64,000 nucleotides of DNA, taken from the NCBI RefSeq assembly GCF_006345805.1, contig NC_043004.1, forward strand, positions 105,152,001 to 105,216,000. The letters are read 5' to 3'. The translations under genes were made by a program, and so were the position numbers. Under the pieces are notes generated by a model that was not told the DNA's origin, did not search any database, and was given only the letters and a program-made list of their open reading frames with translations. This stretch comes from Octopus sinensis. Lineage: Eukaryota. Within the stretch, counting starts at the first letter, position 1; the number at the start of each line of letters is the position of its first letter. Positions 37,791 to 52,100 of the stretch are shown in pieces.

Positions 37791-39256
37791 ATGTCTGTGT
37801 ATGTTCTATTGAGATAGCCTTCCCTTGTGGATGTCATCTATCTGTCATTGTTGTTTGATGCAATTTTGTGAATAGTCTTTTAAAGTGATAAAAGTTTAAG
37901 TGGAATTGCATTAAATGTCATATGCTATTTTGTCATAATCCTTTGTGTTCTGAGTTTGATACCTGTGACGGTCAAATTTACCTTCCCCCACCCCCATTCT
38001 GGTGGTGGTGGAGTAAGGCAGTGACCATGTACCAGGGTGAGGAATATTTGCTTTGTGCTAAATAGAGTCTGGCTGGTAATAGTGAGAATTGTCATCTTCC
38101 CTTTTTAATGGCCACTTTTCCATGCTTACATTGATTGGACAGAATTTGTTGTGGATTTTCTACAACCAAAAATGCCTTTTCTGTCACCAATCCTCTCCTG
38201 TTTCCAAGTAAGATAATAAATACTTTGCAAAGACCAGATACCATTTCACAGAAACAAAGGACACGAACTGCATGATGGTGACAGAACTGTACATGATGTC
38301 AAGATAAGGAGACAGTTACATGTGCATATACAGATGCTCACACACACACACACACACACAATCTTCTTTCAGTTTCTGCCTATCAAATCCACTCACAAGG
38401 TTCTGATTGGTCCAGGACTGTAGAAGATGCATCCACACAGTAGGACTGAATCTGAAACCATCATCATCGTTTAATGTCCGTTTTCCATGCTAGCATGGGT
38501 TGGACGGTTCAACTGGGGTCTGGGAAGCCAGGAGGCTGCGCCAGGCCCAGTCTGATCTGGCAGTGTTTCTACAGCTGGATGCCCTTCCTAACGCCAACCA
38601 CTCCAAGAGTGTAGTGGGTGCTTTTTATGTGCCACCTGCACAGGTGCCAGACGAGGCTGGCAAACGGCCATGATTGGATGATGCTTTTTACGTGCCACCG
38701 GCACGGGGGCCAGTCGGGGCGGCGCTGGCAATGGCTACGTTTAGACGGTTCTCTTACATGGTTGGGAATTAACCTTCAATCAACACAATCACAACACCAC
38801 TTATGATAGCTGATGTAGCTTTCATATGAATGTACTCTTTTATTTTGGGACTTTGTTTTTCTTTCCTTTAAGAGGTCTATTGTTAGATCCGTATTATATT
38901 TCTCCATAGACAGTGCAACAAACTGTTGTATCCATGTTGCTACTGACACAGGTTTCTGTTTATATTCTGACCTTTCTTTCATATATCCCTGTTATTGTTT
39001 AACTCCTGGTAACTACTGATTTAGGAGATCCTTGATCAACGGCCTGTCTTTTTTTCAGACGTAATGTGTCTAGGACTACAGTATTCAATGAGTCTTTCTT
39101 TTATTTTGAGACTATTTGGTACAAATTGATATAGATTTGGCTGCTATTTGTAGCTCATGAGATAATCAGAGAGCAGTTTTCTGCGTTCATATATTTCTGT
39201 GGACAAGACCTGGTAAATAATTTTGTATTCTTGTTTTGCCTTTTATTGCTCCGTAG

Positions 39257-39360
39257 GCTCCTACATCAGAACTCTGCCAGTCATGTGCTTTGTCGTTATG
39301 TTATTCTGTCTTTCTCTTGCAACCCATGAAAGTCACCGAAGACAAGGAAAGAGCATTACT
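39257..39360 (+). CDS. candidate exon with start codon and signal-peptide-like sequence (MCFVVMLFCLSLA-THESHRRQGKSIT)
   Basis: Acceptor TTGTTTTGCCTTTTATTGCTCCGTAG|, ATG at 39283, donor |GTATGA at 39361 (phase 0), in non-repeat sequence. No homologue recognised. Confidence 0.35.
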
Positions 39361-39552
39361 GTATGATTATGGCATGGTCAAATTTTGGTCAATCCTTTCA
39401 TCAAATTCCATGTTTTATTGATCTCTAGTATTCACTTTCCAGGATGTTTCTTGCTTAGTATGAAATAGATTAGTCATGATTTTGAGAGAGATAAGTTTTT
39501 AACCTCTGCTTGTGGTGGTGCTTCAACTGTGTATATATATGTATATATATAT

Positions 39553-39600
<48 letters not shown>

Positions 39601-42470
39601 GTCAGTCCATTCCCTTTAAATATTTATTGATTCTTATCATCAGTTACTTTGGTTCAGCCCTAGTACAACCTTAATTTTTGTTGTTATTTATGAGTCTTCT
39701 GCTTCAGGCTATTAAGGATTTTACTCCCAGCCTTGCTTCCTACTTACTTCACAGCTGAGTGGTTAGCTCTAGGAAGGACATCTAGTGCAAAAAATAATAA
39801 CAACAACAAGCAAAGTACAAAAACAAAAAAAAAGCGTGCTTTAATTACATGCAAATGTCCACATGAGCAAAATGCTGGCCGTTGCTCACTGGAAACAAAA
39901 GAAGCTGGATGTAAAACTGTGAATAAATAAATAAACGAGCCACAGAAAACTTGCTTAATTGAATAAAGCCAACAATTGACTGTGTGTGTGTTGTAAAATA
40001 AAAATTGTGTGACAAAATGGTTGAATAGACAATGTAATTATATACTAAATGATGTAAGTGACCCTGATCGTCAGCAGGTTTTGAATCCTGCGATATTTGT
40101 GTTATTTTATATAAGTTTTATTCTTTCATTTACTCCACATCATAGCAGCCATAGTCATTGGACTGTGGCCATGATGGGGCACCATCTTCAATTGCTCCTA
40201 CCCCAATATGGATTTCATTCTGTTATTTCATTACTGTCTGTATCTGTAATTAGTAAGTTCTGAAAGATAAAGAGACGCATAAATAACAGGGGCCTATATA
40301 CAGGCACAGGATTGGCTGTGTGGTAAATAGCTTGCTTACCAACCCCATGGTTCCGGGTTCACTCCCACTGTGTGGCACTTTGGGCAAGTGTCTCCTACAA
40401 TAACCTCAGGCCAACCAAAACTTTGTGAGTGGATTTGGTAGACGGAAACTGAAAGAAGCCTGTTGTATATATATATATGCGTGTGTATGTGTTTGTGTGT
40501 GTCCCCAACATCGCTTGACAACTGACGCTGGTGTGTTTACGTCCCCATAACTTAGTGGTTTGGCAAAAGAGACTGATAGAATAAGTACTAGGCTTACAAA
40601 GAATAAGTGCTGGGGTCGATTATTTGACTAAAGGTGGTGCTCCAGCATGGCCGCTGTCAAAATGACCGAAACAAGTAAAAGAATACATAAGTGCAGACAT
40701 AGCTGCATGGTTCCAAAGCTTGCTCTGCAACCATGTGATTTTTAGGTTCAGTCCCACTGTATGGCACCTTGGGCAAGTGTCCTTCTATAGCCCAGGTTGA
40801 ATAATGCCTTGTGATTTGGTAGATGGAAACTGTGGAGGCCAATCATATAAGCCCATTGTGTGTGTGTGTGTGTACACATACACATATAAGTGTGTGTTTT
40901 TGTTTGACCGTCACTATCTTTTGGCAACTGTTTTGCAGGTTTAGCAAAAGGAACCGATAGAATGAGAAGCAGGCTTAGAAATAAGTTCTGGGAGTCTTTA
41001 TCCTGTGTTGCAATTCTGCCAAGTTGACTCGGCCATTCTTTAATTCTCTAGCCTGGTTAACATACCTATGTTGTAGTTGATTCAGTTGACAGGCTTAATT
41101 TGTCACCCAGCTTAACAAGTAGCTCTTGAGTATCTTTTAACGGAGTTAACTCTTTTGCAAGTATTCTAGCCTAATGTTTGGTCTGAGGATAACTCACCTC
41201 ATCCCATCAGTCAGAAGGCTTGAAAAACCAGTAAAAGGAAATAACAATGGTTTCAATTTTGGCACAAGGCCAGCAAGTTCGGGGAAGGAGAGAAGTTGAT
41301 TACATCAACCCCAGTGTTCAACTGGTGCTTATTTTATTGATCCCAAAGGGACGAAAGGCAAAGTCAACCTTGGTGGAATTTGAACATAGAGACGGATGAA
41401 ATGGCGTTAAGCATCCTGCCAACTCACTGCCTTATAAAATAATAATAATAATAATAATCCTGTCTACTTCATACAAAATTTGGGCGGGTGGAGACCAATC
41501 GATTACATCGACCTCAGTGTCTCACTGGTACTTAATTTATCGAAAAGATGAAAGGCAAAGTTGACTTAGGTGGAATTTGAACTCAGAACATAAAGACTGA
41601 GGAAATACCACTGAGCATTTTGTTCAGTGTGCTAACAATTTTGCCAGCTTGCTGCCATAATGATGATGATAATTCTGAGACGACACTGACCATGGGATTG
41701 CACCCAGATAGTTACCCTCCCAGGCAAGGTTGTTTTTTTATGGAAGACCAGCAGTCAGCCATGCATACCGGCCTCACCTCTCACACCACCAGGGTTATCC
41801 AAGGGAAAGGCAAAGGGGTCGATACAGCTTGGCACCTGTGATGTCGCAACTCATTTCTACAGCTGAGTGAACTGGAACAATGTGAAATAGTGTCTTGCTC
41901 AGGAACACAACACGCAGCCCGGTCCGGGATTCGAGCTCACAACCTCACAATCGTAAGCTCGATGCTCTAACCACTGAGCCATGCGCCTTCGCGATAATAA
42001 TAATAATAATAATTATGATAGTATACTGTAAAAAAAAGGTAATTCTTCAGTCTTTCTTTCCTTTCCTCTTGAATATCCAACGTTTGTTTCTTTTTTACTT
42101 ATTTTGGTCATTACTCTGTGGCCATACTGGGGCACCACCTGGAAGGGTTTTAATACTTTGTTGGGGTTTTTTTTAAAAGTCTGGTACTTATTCAGTCAGT
42201 TTTGGCAAACTTCTAAGTTATAGGGATGCAAACAAACCAACATTGATTAGTGGTGGTAGGGACAAACAAAAAAAAAAACACACACACACACATATATATA
42301 AAGGGCTTCTTTCTGTTTCCATCTACCAAATCCATGATGTCCAAGGTGCTGTTCAGCAGGACTGAACCCTAAACCACATGCCCATAGGATTACAAAGTGA
42401 GCTTCTTAACCACACAGTGATGTCTGCCACTTCTTTACGTCTACAAGAATGAGAATCACTTTTGCCTTAA

Positions 42471-42691
42471 CCCTTTAGTGTTTAAAGTGGCCAAATCCGG
42501 CCCAATATATTTCACATGTTCCATATTCAAACTTGCCATATCCAGCCTCTCACACCTAACCTACATTGACATTCTAAAAATAAACAATCACATCATTGAA
42601 ACCTCAAAGCTATGAGATAATGCTTGATTAATTCAAAACAATTTAAATAAAAAAGCATTACATTTAACAGTGTAATCTGAACACTAAAGGG
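42471..42691. mobile_element. piggyBac-type MITE
   Basis: TTAA on both sides and a 12-bp perfect TIR CCCTTTAGTGTT/AACACTAAAGGG. Decayed relatives at about 53540-53745 and 54100-54290. Confidence 0.9.
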
Positions 42692-42906
42692 TTAAACACA
42701 TTCCATATTTAATCCCAGCTTATCCTCAAATTTAATTTATATTCAACTGAATTGTTTTCTCCCCTCTCTTCCATTCTATAGTTCTGGCACATCATTTCAA
42801 TCACCAGGTTCTTGTTTCTTGTGATTTTTTGATTTTTTTTTTCTCCTCAGATCAAACTTGATTGATAAGACCAATGAATCAAATATTCCAATCATGACTA
42901 ATTCCA

Positions 42907-42950
<44 letters not shown>

Positions 42951-43477
42951 TCTTTTATTCTTTTACTTGTTTCAGTCATTTGATTGTGGCCATGCTCGAG
43001 CACCGCCTTGGAGGATATTTAATTGAACAAGTTGACCCCAGGACTTATTTTTCTTAAGCTTAGTACTTATTCTATTGGCCTCATTCGCCGTACCGCCAGA
43101 TTACGAGGATGTAAACAAACCGACACCAGTTGTCAAGCGGTCATGTGGTACAACACAAAGACACACACACATAGATATATATATACATATATTCTTTCAG
43201 TTTCTGTTGACCAAATCCACTCACAAGGCTTCGGTTGTCCCGAGGCTATAGTAGAAGGCACTTGCCCAATGTACCACGCAGTGGACTGAACCTGGTACCA
43301 TGTGGTTGGGAAGCAAGCTTCTTACCACACAGCCATGCCCGCGTATATATATATATATATATATATTGGCCTGCTCGCCTAGCCAGCGGGGTGGCGTCAT
43401 TCGAAGGCTAAAACAATGCGAACGCATTGTGACCAGCGATGTGTAACAACATCTGATGGTCTGGTCAGTCACGTGAT

Positions 43478-43525
<48 letters not shown>

Positions 43526-45539
43526 TGCTCTTTCGTACATAGTCTCTTTAGGATTATGTTATTTTTAGTTTTTAAGACTTGTCTTGTAATTTGAGATATT
43601 TTGCTGCTATTTCTAGTAGCTTCAACGGCTCCCGTAGAAGCCTTTTTACTGGCTTTCTTCATGTTACGAGGTCATCTGCTTGTTTGGAGTGTGTAACCTC
43701 TAACTAACATAAACTCGAACTTATGATTTCGAGCAAAAAAGATCAGCAGGTTCGAAATGACGTAAATGAAATTGGATTCAGAGGGAAATTGAAATGGAAG
43801 TGTTTTTCTGATCTCTATTTACCACGAGCGCCTCCCGTCCTCACTTTTAATTTATTCTTAAAGGGGAGGAGGGAGAATTCAATGGATTTTCTTTATGGTT
43901 GTTGGTGCTTATTTTATTGACCTCTCCTGAGGTGGGGTGGGGGATTCATATTCAGAACACTGGGGTAGAGAGCGCTGAACCTTAAATATTGTGAAACAGG
44001 GTCCTCGGCCCTCTCACAAAACGGAACATCGGTATTGCTTTCCTATCATTTCGTAAAACGCCTTCGAATATGGGATTATGAATATATTATTATATATATT
44101 CTTTCTACTACAGGCACAAAGCCTGAAATCTTGGGGGTCAGAGGTAGTCGATTACATCGATCAGCTGGTATTTTATTGACTTCGAAAGGATGAAATGCAA
44201 AGTTTACCTCGGCAGAATTTGAATTCAGAACATAATGATAAACAAAAATCTGCTAAGCATTTTATTTCAGAATTTGTTGTTGATAGTAGAAACAGTTATT
44301 ATTTCAAATTTTGCTTTGGAAACATCATTAGGCATTTTAGAGAGAGAGAGGGGGGGGGGTAGGGGAAGTAGAAGGACTTTACTGTTTCCCTTTCCATCCT
44401 TGCCTTCTGCACCAATCCTTTAATGTCTCACTGTCTGACTGTTGGATTGTAAAAGCCGGAAGAGAACCCTGTAACTCGATACACAACTTTTGAAATGATG
44501 TTCGTGATACACGAGTCTGTTTTATTTCAAGTATTTTGTATATTTTTATATGCTCGCCCCCCCCACTTTTTATTCTATTTTATTTTCATAAACATATAAA
44601 CGTCTTTTAGAAGATTGTCATTTTATAAGATTTTGCTGGAAAAATTTAAAATTAACATAAATATTTATTCTTTTTTATGTCTATATAACTGGGTTTTTTT
44701 TCTTCAAATACTTTTGTATTTTTTTTAAATGACAAAATTAAGGGCCATCTGGCTTACTTTATATTTATTCCTGATAGTTATTGAATAAAAAATTAAGTTT
44801 AAAGCGTGGGTGGCTGACAAAACCTGAAAGAATAAGAATGTTAATAGAAATGGTTCTCTATCTGTAAATGTTCCATAAATAAAGAAATCTCTGTGTCTCT
44901 TCTTCTTTCTGACAATTATTATTAATAGTATAGGATATTAGTGATAAAGTAAATTTCCTGCGAATGAGGTTGCGACCCGGTTTTCGTACTCAACGAACGA
45001 TTCAAGGCATTTGATTCCCCCCCGTTGAATGAATGACTTGAGCAACGTCATAGTTTCCTGCCCCCCGACCTTGGACCTTGAATTTAAGAGAAATCAATTA
45101 AGAGCAGAGGTAAACTTCTAGTGAACCGTGTCTGGGACTCGGTTTCGATTCTTCGTTTCAGTTTATTATGACCAAGTGGATAAGTCATTCATTTCGACTG
45201 TTATCGTTTTTTTCTTTTTCTTTTTGTGAAATGAGAGTTATCACATATCTTTGATTTAAAAAAAATCTTTTTACTTGTTTCAGTCATTAGAGGTGGTCAT
45301 GCAGAGCCTTGAACTTTTAGTCGAACGAATCAAACCCAGTACTTAATTCTTTAAAGACGGATACTTGTTCTATCGGTCTCTTTGCTGAACCGCTAAGTTA
45401 AACAAACCAGCACCAGTTGTCAAGCGGTGGTAGGGGACAAACATAGATACAACGAAACACACACACAAGTACTTAGACTCATGTATTACCGATAAGCAGA
45501 GTATATATATATATATATATATATATATGCATACACATA

Positions 45540-45730
45540 CAGGGTGGCCCAAAAGTAGGTTTACAGTTATTCAACTGTCTTTTTCTCATTCATATATTAA
45601 CAGTTTAGATCTTAATCATTAAAAAATATGAAACCATTTTTCTATGTTAGTTTAGTTAATTTTGTCAAGCTCCCTTTTCAGCTTGTAAGATAGAAATTTA
45701 AAACCATAAACCTACTTTTGGGCCAACCTG
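45540..45730. mobile_element. Tc1/mariner MITE (191 bp)
   Basis: TIR CAGGGTGGCCCAAAAGTAGGTTTA matches the reverse complement of the other end at 23/24 positions; TA on the left flank. Confidence 0.88.
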
Positions 45731-48700
45731 TGTATATATATAAACACACACACACAGAGTGATGTAATGTTTGTACCCATGTGCAGCCTTAAGACTTGTG
45801 ATATATTCTGTTGGCTCTTTGTGATTGTACTTGGAACTGGAATATAAATCCCTGTTTACTTTGGTATCTATGTATATGTTCCTCACATTTTGTTTAGTAT
45901 GTGATAGGGATTTCACTAACCTGGCATTGGTGCTTTACGATTTAAGGACCTGATTCACTTGAATCCTGAACTTTTATTTGTATATGTATATGATTGTGTG
46001 TGAGTGTGTCTGTATGTGTTTGTCTCCCACCACTGCTTGACAAATGGTGCTGGTATGTTAATGTCTCCATGACTTAGTGATTCAGCAAAAGGAGGCTGAT
46101 ACAATATGTACCAGGCATAAATTTAAAGTAAGTCTTAGGTGGTGCCCTAGCATGGTCACAGTTTGATGAATGAAACAAGTAAAAGATAAAAGGTTTATGT
46201 GTGTTTGTATATAAGTCTGTATATCTTTATGTATGTATGAAATACATGCATTGAGTTGTTTTACATAGCCGTCTTCTCCTTTCTCCTTTTCCAGCTGGTC
46301 TTTGTTACATAAAAGCTTCATTTGTTCCACCCAAGTGTTCCTCTTCACACTACAATCTGCTAGCGACCCCCTCTGCCTTCATCTGTGTCTCTACGTGACC
46401 TTCATTTACTATTCAAAGGAACACTCGGAGTAATGGTATTCATTTCACACCTTATTAGTTTTTATAGTGTTCCCATCTGTGTATGTTGTGTTCTGAGACA
46501 CACAAACTATTAAATTGTTTTTTTTTGCATGGCGAAATGTGGTAAATTCATAATTTTGTGTGTGTCCCCTTTCTGTATACACACACACAACATATATGCC
46601 TCCTTTATCTTCTTTTGCTTGTTTCAGTCATTGGACTGTAGCCATTCTAGGGCACTTCCTTGAAGGGTCTGAATCAAACCCTGTACTTATTTTTCAAAGC
46701 CTGGTACTTATTTTATCGGTGTCTCTTTTGCTGAACCACTGAGTTATGGAATGTAACAAACCAATACCGGTTGTCATGTGGTAGTGGGAGACACACACAC
46801 ACACTGAGTTTCCATCTACCAAATTGAATCAAGGTTTTGGTCAGCCTAAGTCTATAGTAGAAAGGATTCTTCTTATTATATGCATACATACTTACCTACA
46901 TTTATATAGCATGCAGACATGGCTATGTGGTAAAAAGCTTGCTGTCACTATTAATTGTGTGTGTGTGTTTCCACCACTGCTTGACAACAGGTGTTGATTT
47001 TTGTACATCCCTGTAACTTAGCAGATCGACAAAAGAAACCAATATAACATACTAAACTCACGGTGGTTCCCCAGCATAGCCACAGTCCAGTGATTGAAAC
47101 AAGTAAAGGATACATACATATATTCATATGTATAACCAATTCAATCTTCCCTTCCATCCTCTGTACTTACTTTGTCTCTGTTAGTCTTTCTCTTTGCTTC
47201 TGTCCTTGTTTCATTATGTTTTCTCATCTCTTCAAATAATTTTCAGTAGGACATCAAGATACAAAATTTTCACTGATATTTAAACTCATCTCATTCAGGT
47301 GCTATGGTAACGACACTAGCAGACCCTGCTAATCCACCTTGCACATGAAAAATGTGGGAAAGTATCTGTTTCATTAAGTGATTAAGATAAAGATGGTGAC
47401 TGTAACATAAACCTGTTATGTATTATGGTGAAAGTTGCTAAAACTGACACCTAGCTGGACTAGTGTTATGCCTATATAAGTCCTTTAACTCTGCTTGCTT
47501 TGTATTTTTCATTACCATCATTTTAATGCCTTTTTCTTCCCACTAGTGGAATGACTTTCATGGGTTTACAGCATCTCTTGTACCATTTCTGTTGATCTTG
47601 TTCCATTTTGACCGAGTGGTCCTACATTCAGAGAGTCACCTTCACCTTCATCCCATGACCTCCTTGATCTTGTATTTCAGATATTTCCCGCTATCATCTT
47701 TGTATCTCATGCAATACATAGGACATATTTCCTAGATGGTCCTTGCATTGTATATGATACACATTCCCATTTTTTTTTTCAGTCACCAGCATAACTTGGA
47801 ACTTAGAAAAGACTTTATATTTCTCAATGTATGAAACAAGGGCTAACTAAAAGTCTATAAACAATCATATGCATTTAGGACAAACTTATTAAATGCTTTG
47901 GACAAGCAAATGGTTAATATCCAGCAATCAATTTGGCTCATTTGTACTTTTTCATGCGTTATACATCACATACTCAGACAGATCATGTTTCTTTTGTCTG
48001 TCTCTCCAACAATTCAGTTTCACTATTCTGTAATTTCCTACCCTTGGCATCTACTTCATGCACTCTGCCTTATACCCAAAGAGAGACTATCCCACCCTTA
48101 TTTCTTACTCTACCTACTATACTTTTAATTATTACAACCTCCTGCAGCACTAATTATGTGGCTTAGATTGTTTATACATTCTCATTTGCAGTATCTCTTC
48201 AAATTCTGGTGAAATAACTTGTTTTACTCTAAAATCTTCAACTATCCAGCTGGAATTGAAGGAAATTTCTTTAACTGCAGTTTTAGACAGGAGAATATTA
48301 ATGTTAAGATTACTAACCGGCTTCTAAATAAAGGCTTTTAATGCGGTGGCCATTCTTTCTGATTGTTATTGTTCCACAATCCTAAGAGATGGAATTGTTG
48401 TTATGGCCCCAGGTCAGCACTGATGAAGTTGGCATTATGATGTAAAGATTTTCAGCAATAGCTGCTCCATCATTTTGTATATAATGGACTACATTTATCC
48501 AATGTGTCCTTTCTTTTTGTAAGAAAGTGGTTTGAGGAAGTTTGTTTGCTATTTATAACAGATTGAGTAATCGTATTCCTGTTCTTTCATATATTGGCTT
48601 GTGATGAAATTGGTCGAGTTGCCAGTAATTCCACATCCTAAAAGACGCTGAAATCTTCTTAAGAAATGCAAGAAATCTTATTACTTTGAAAAAATTTCAA

Positions 48701-50242
48701 AGCTATAAAAAGTGCAAACCTTTTTTTGTCAGACATTTGAATTGTCTCTATGCTTATTCTGTTCTGGAGGAGCTGGTCTTCTGTAATGAAATTGTGAAAG
48801 CATTCAACAAAACAATAGACAATATCCAAACTATGAGTGTGATGACTGAGAGGGGGAGGAAGAAGAGGTGGTGGCAGCTACAAAAAAAAAGGGGGCAATG
48901 TAAGAGGTGATGGAGTGGAGAAATGGGAGAATCAGAAAATAGTATCAAGGGAAAGAAAAATGCTTCCAAGTTTTTTTCATAAACTGGTGATTTCATTTTT
49001 TTTTTTTTATTTTGATCAACTTTTCTTTTGACTTTCTGTTTCATGAATGTTTAAAGGAACAAGAAACAATGACAGCAATTGTTGTTGGTGTGTTTAAGAA
49101 AATCGGTAACAAGAGCAAAGATGAGCTCATTTCTTGCTGGTGAGCAGACAATAATAATAACTGCATTTATTGTTATTCCAGAAACAACTGCAACAAGAAC
49201 AATAATGACTTTAAAAAAAAAAACCCTCCCCAAGAAAAGCAAAAAGCATCCCCCCAAAAAGAGCCAATTATTGCCTTTGAGGAAATGGTGCAATATCAAA
49301 CAGCAATTAACTTGAATGAAATGTGGCAAATAACAGGATCAATAAACAGCGTATGTCACATCAATAAACATACAATAATAGCAAGAACAAACATTATCTC
49401 TAAAGAAATAATAGCAACAACAACAACAATGATCCAGTCAGTAGAAAAAGAAGTAAAATGATTAAAATCTAGAACAACTAACAATAAAAGCCATTGCCAT
49501 AAAGTGGGTCCCAGTAACAACAGCTTATGAGCCAACAAGAGAACCTTATAAAAAGAAGGATATGACAGGTGTGGCCGTGTGGTAAAGAATCTTGCTTTGC
49601 AGCTGGGGTTTTCGGTTCAGTCCCCACTCTGTGGCTTCTTGGGTAAGTGTTTTCTACTTAGTAGTTCCAGGTGAATTTGGTAGATGAAAACTGTTGTCTA
49701 TATGTGTGTGTATCTTTGTCTCCCCTTCCCCACACCACTTGATAACCAATGTTGGTTTGTTTATGTCCCCATAGTTTATTAGTTCAGCCAAAAAAGACCA
49801 GTAGAAAAAGTACTAGACTTATAAAAGTAAGTGGGTACCACTTTGACATGTGATCTACGGGGGAGATTACTGTAGGGCATACTTAACATTGTAATTGTAA
49901 TATTTCAAAATTCTTACTATTTTAATAACAAGAAAACCATGCTTCATTCATGTTTTGGTAAATAGTAATAAGAAACCAAGAATAAACAATAGAATAATTA
50001 AAATAAGCACGTAGGTCACCCACCAAATTTAATTTGCTCCTGTAGATCACACAGCAAAGTAGCATCAATACAAAGTAACTTAAAGTAATTTCCCTTTAAA
50101 TTGTAGATCACACCCCAAAGTAGCACCAAATGTAATATATGTTTAATAATGTAGCCCTACCTACCATATGTCTGGAGAAAAAAAAAAGGATCAGAGATCA
50201 AATGAAATAATATCTGTTAAGTAATGGGGTCAGTTCAAAACA

Positions 50243-51152
50243 AGGAGCTGTTCAGTTTTGCTCACAGATTTATTATTTTTTTTTTTACTAAACAGTTTGA
50301 AACTTTATACACTGGTGTAATTTCGTATGCTGAACACAGTTTACTTTCAACATTTTTGACAAATTTTCTTATTTTAGAAGTTATTTCATGTAAAAGTTGT
50401 CGTACTTTGGGTAATTTTAACTTATCAATAATATGTATTCAGTTGGAGAAAGCCACTGCTGTTTGTGATAGTAATCGAAGAGGAACAACTTTTGGGTCAT
50501 CTTTACTAAATGTCATCACTCTGTACTATTTCATTTTTGTTTACTGCCTGTGTTGCATATGTTTTTTTTTCTTTTTGGTTCTCGCGTCGGAGTAACCAGT
50601 AAACATTGAAGAATCAACACCAAGAAGGAACAAATATTATTTACATATATTTATTTGTTTGCCTGACATGTAGTTAGAGATACAGCAGTAATTGTAGTGG
50701 CAGTGACAAGTTTGCTTGCTGATTGGTAGTTGATAATGTAGAAGTGGCTGTCTGCCAGTAGAGAGGGAAAAAGTAAGGAATACACGGTGCTGACTAGAAA
50801 GGATAAAGGTGGCATCGTCTTGTGGCTGAAAGCTTCTCTTTTGTGTCAGCTATGACCAAAGAGCAACACTTTCCCTTCACCTGTTGCTCGACATACGAAT
50901 AGAACAGTGGTGGCATTTAGTAGAGGTGACCCAGAAGTTGTTCCTCTTCGATTGCTATTGCAAACAGCAGTAGCTTTCTTCAACTGAATACACGTTGTTG
51001 ATTGGTTAAAATTACCCAAATGTGACAACTTGAACACAAAATAACTTCTAAAATGCGAAATTTTGACAAAACTGTTGAAAGTAAACTGTGTTTAGCATGA
51101 GAAATTACATCAGTATACAAAGTTTCAATCTGTGAGTGAAACTAAACAAATC
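50243..51152. mobile_element. foldback element with ~250-280-bp inverted arms
   Basis: 50243-50528 is the diverged reverse complement of 50899-51152, e.g. AATCGAAGAGGAACAACTT vs AAGTTGTTCCTCTTCGATT. Confidence 0.8.
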
Positions 51153-51572
51153 CTAAAACAATACTCTAAAAAATTGTGTGGTTACAAATCATATTATTAT
51201 TTTATGTAAATATTTCTCAAGTCCTGAGTAGCTTTTAAAGGGCTGCTGCTTAGTTCTGTTTCCATGGAGAAGAGAATTTGAAAAGTACCCTACCATCCTT
51301 AAAAAAAATGCAACTGAATTATGTAGTCCTACATACATTGTTTATGAAAATAGAGTGGTTATGATTTGAAAAAGGTCTGGTCAAGTAGAGATGACTTTGG
51401 GCTGAACAAAAGCATAAATAGCCATTGTTTTTCAACATGAACAACGCATGAATCAACAGGTATTTTGTCCAATGTTCTCGCAATTCTGCCATACAGTATG
51501 AACATCTCAACTTCTCATTTCCTTTTCTGTATTAATATGGTGATGACTTGAACCAGCGCAAGATTATTTTAA

Positions 51573-52100
51573 CCCTTTGCTTGTCTTGTGTATCGTGTGG
51601 TACACAGGACATGTTTCTCTGGTGTCTATGCATCATATATGATACACATTGCCAGTTTTGTTAGAACCACCAGAGTAAATGCTGGGCTAATGAAAGGAAA
51701 GCTTTATATTATTCAGAATGTATGAAGCAAGAGTCTAAAAACAAGCAGGAGTGTTTAGGACAAACTTACAAAAATGTTTTGGGCAGACAAGATTAAGTAA
51801 TGCAGGTGGGTTCAGGGATCTGTCAGTATTTGAGTTGTCATTCCTGACTTGTAGCCATTTTGCTTCGCTTAGGAAAGACATGAATGCCACACAATTTCAT
51901 TTTTTCTTGTGTGAATGTAAGAAATAAGTTATGTTTAGAGAAACCCTAATAACAATTTTAATAAACAGAAGCAGCTGCAGTTGAATCCGACTGCAATAAC
52001 AAGTAATGACAGCAGGAAACATTGATGACGAATCTGGAGATGAAGGATGTTTGGGGTTTAGTCATTGTAATCTGTCCCAAAATTTCATTTTGATGGTCAG
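51573..52100 (+). mobile_element. piggyBac-like left end and acidic N-terminal remnant
   Basis: TTAA|CCCT start and a DDESGDEG peptide at about 52025-52050. A related segment lies at about 47700-47900. Confidence 0.4.

Noticed and set aside
36894-37858. ORFs of 307, 232, 229 and 179 aa
   Set aside because: They are translations of a TA/TG compound microsatellite.
49140-49540. Long open frames rich in N, T and K
   Set aside because: Decayed (AAC/AAT)n low-complexity sequence.
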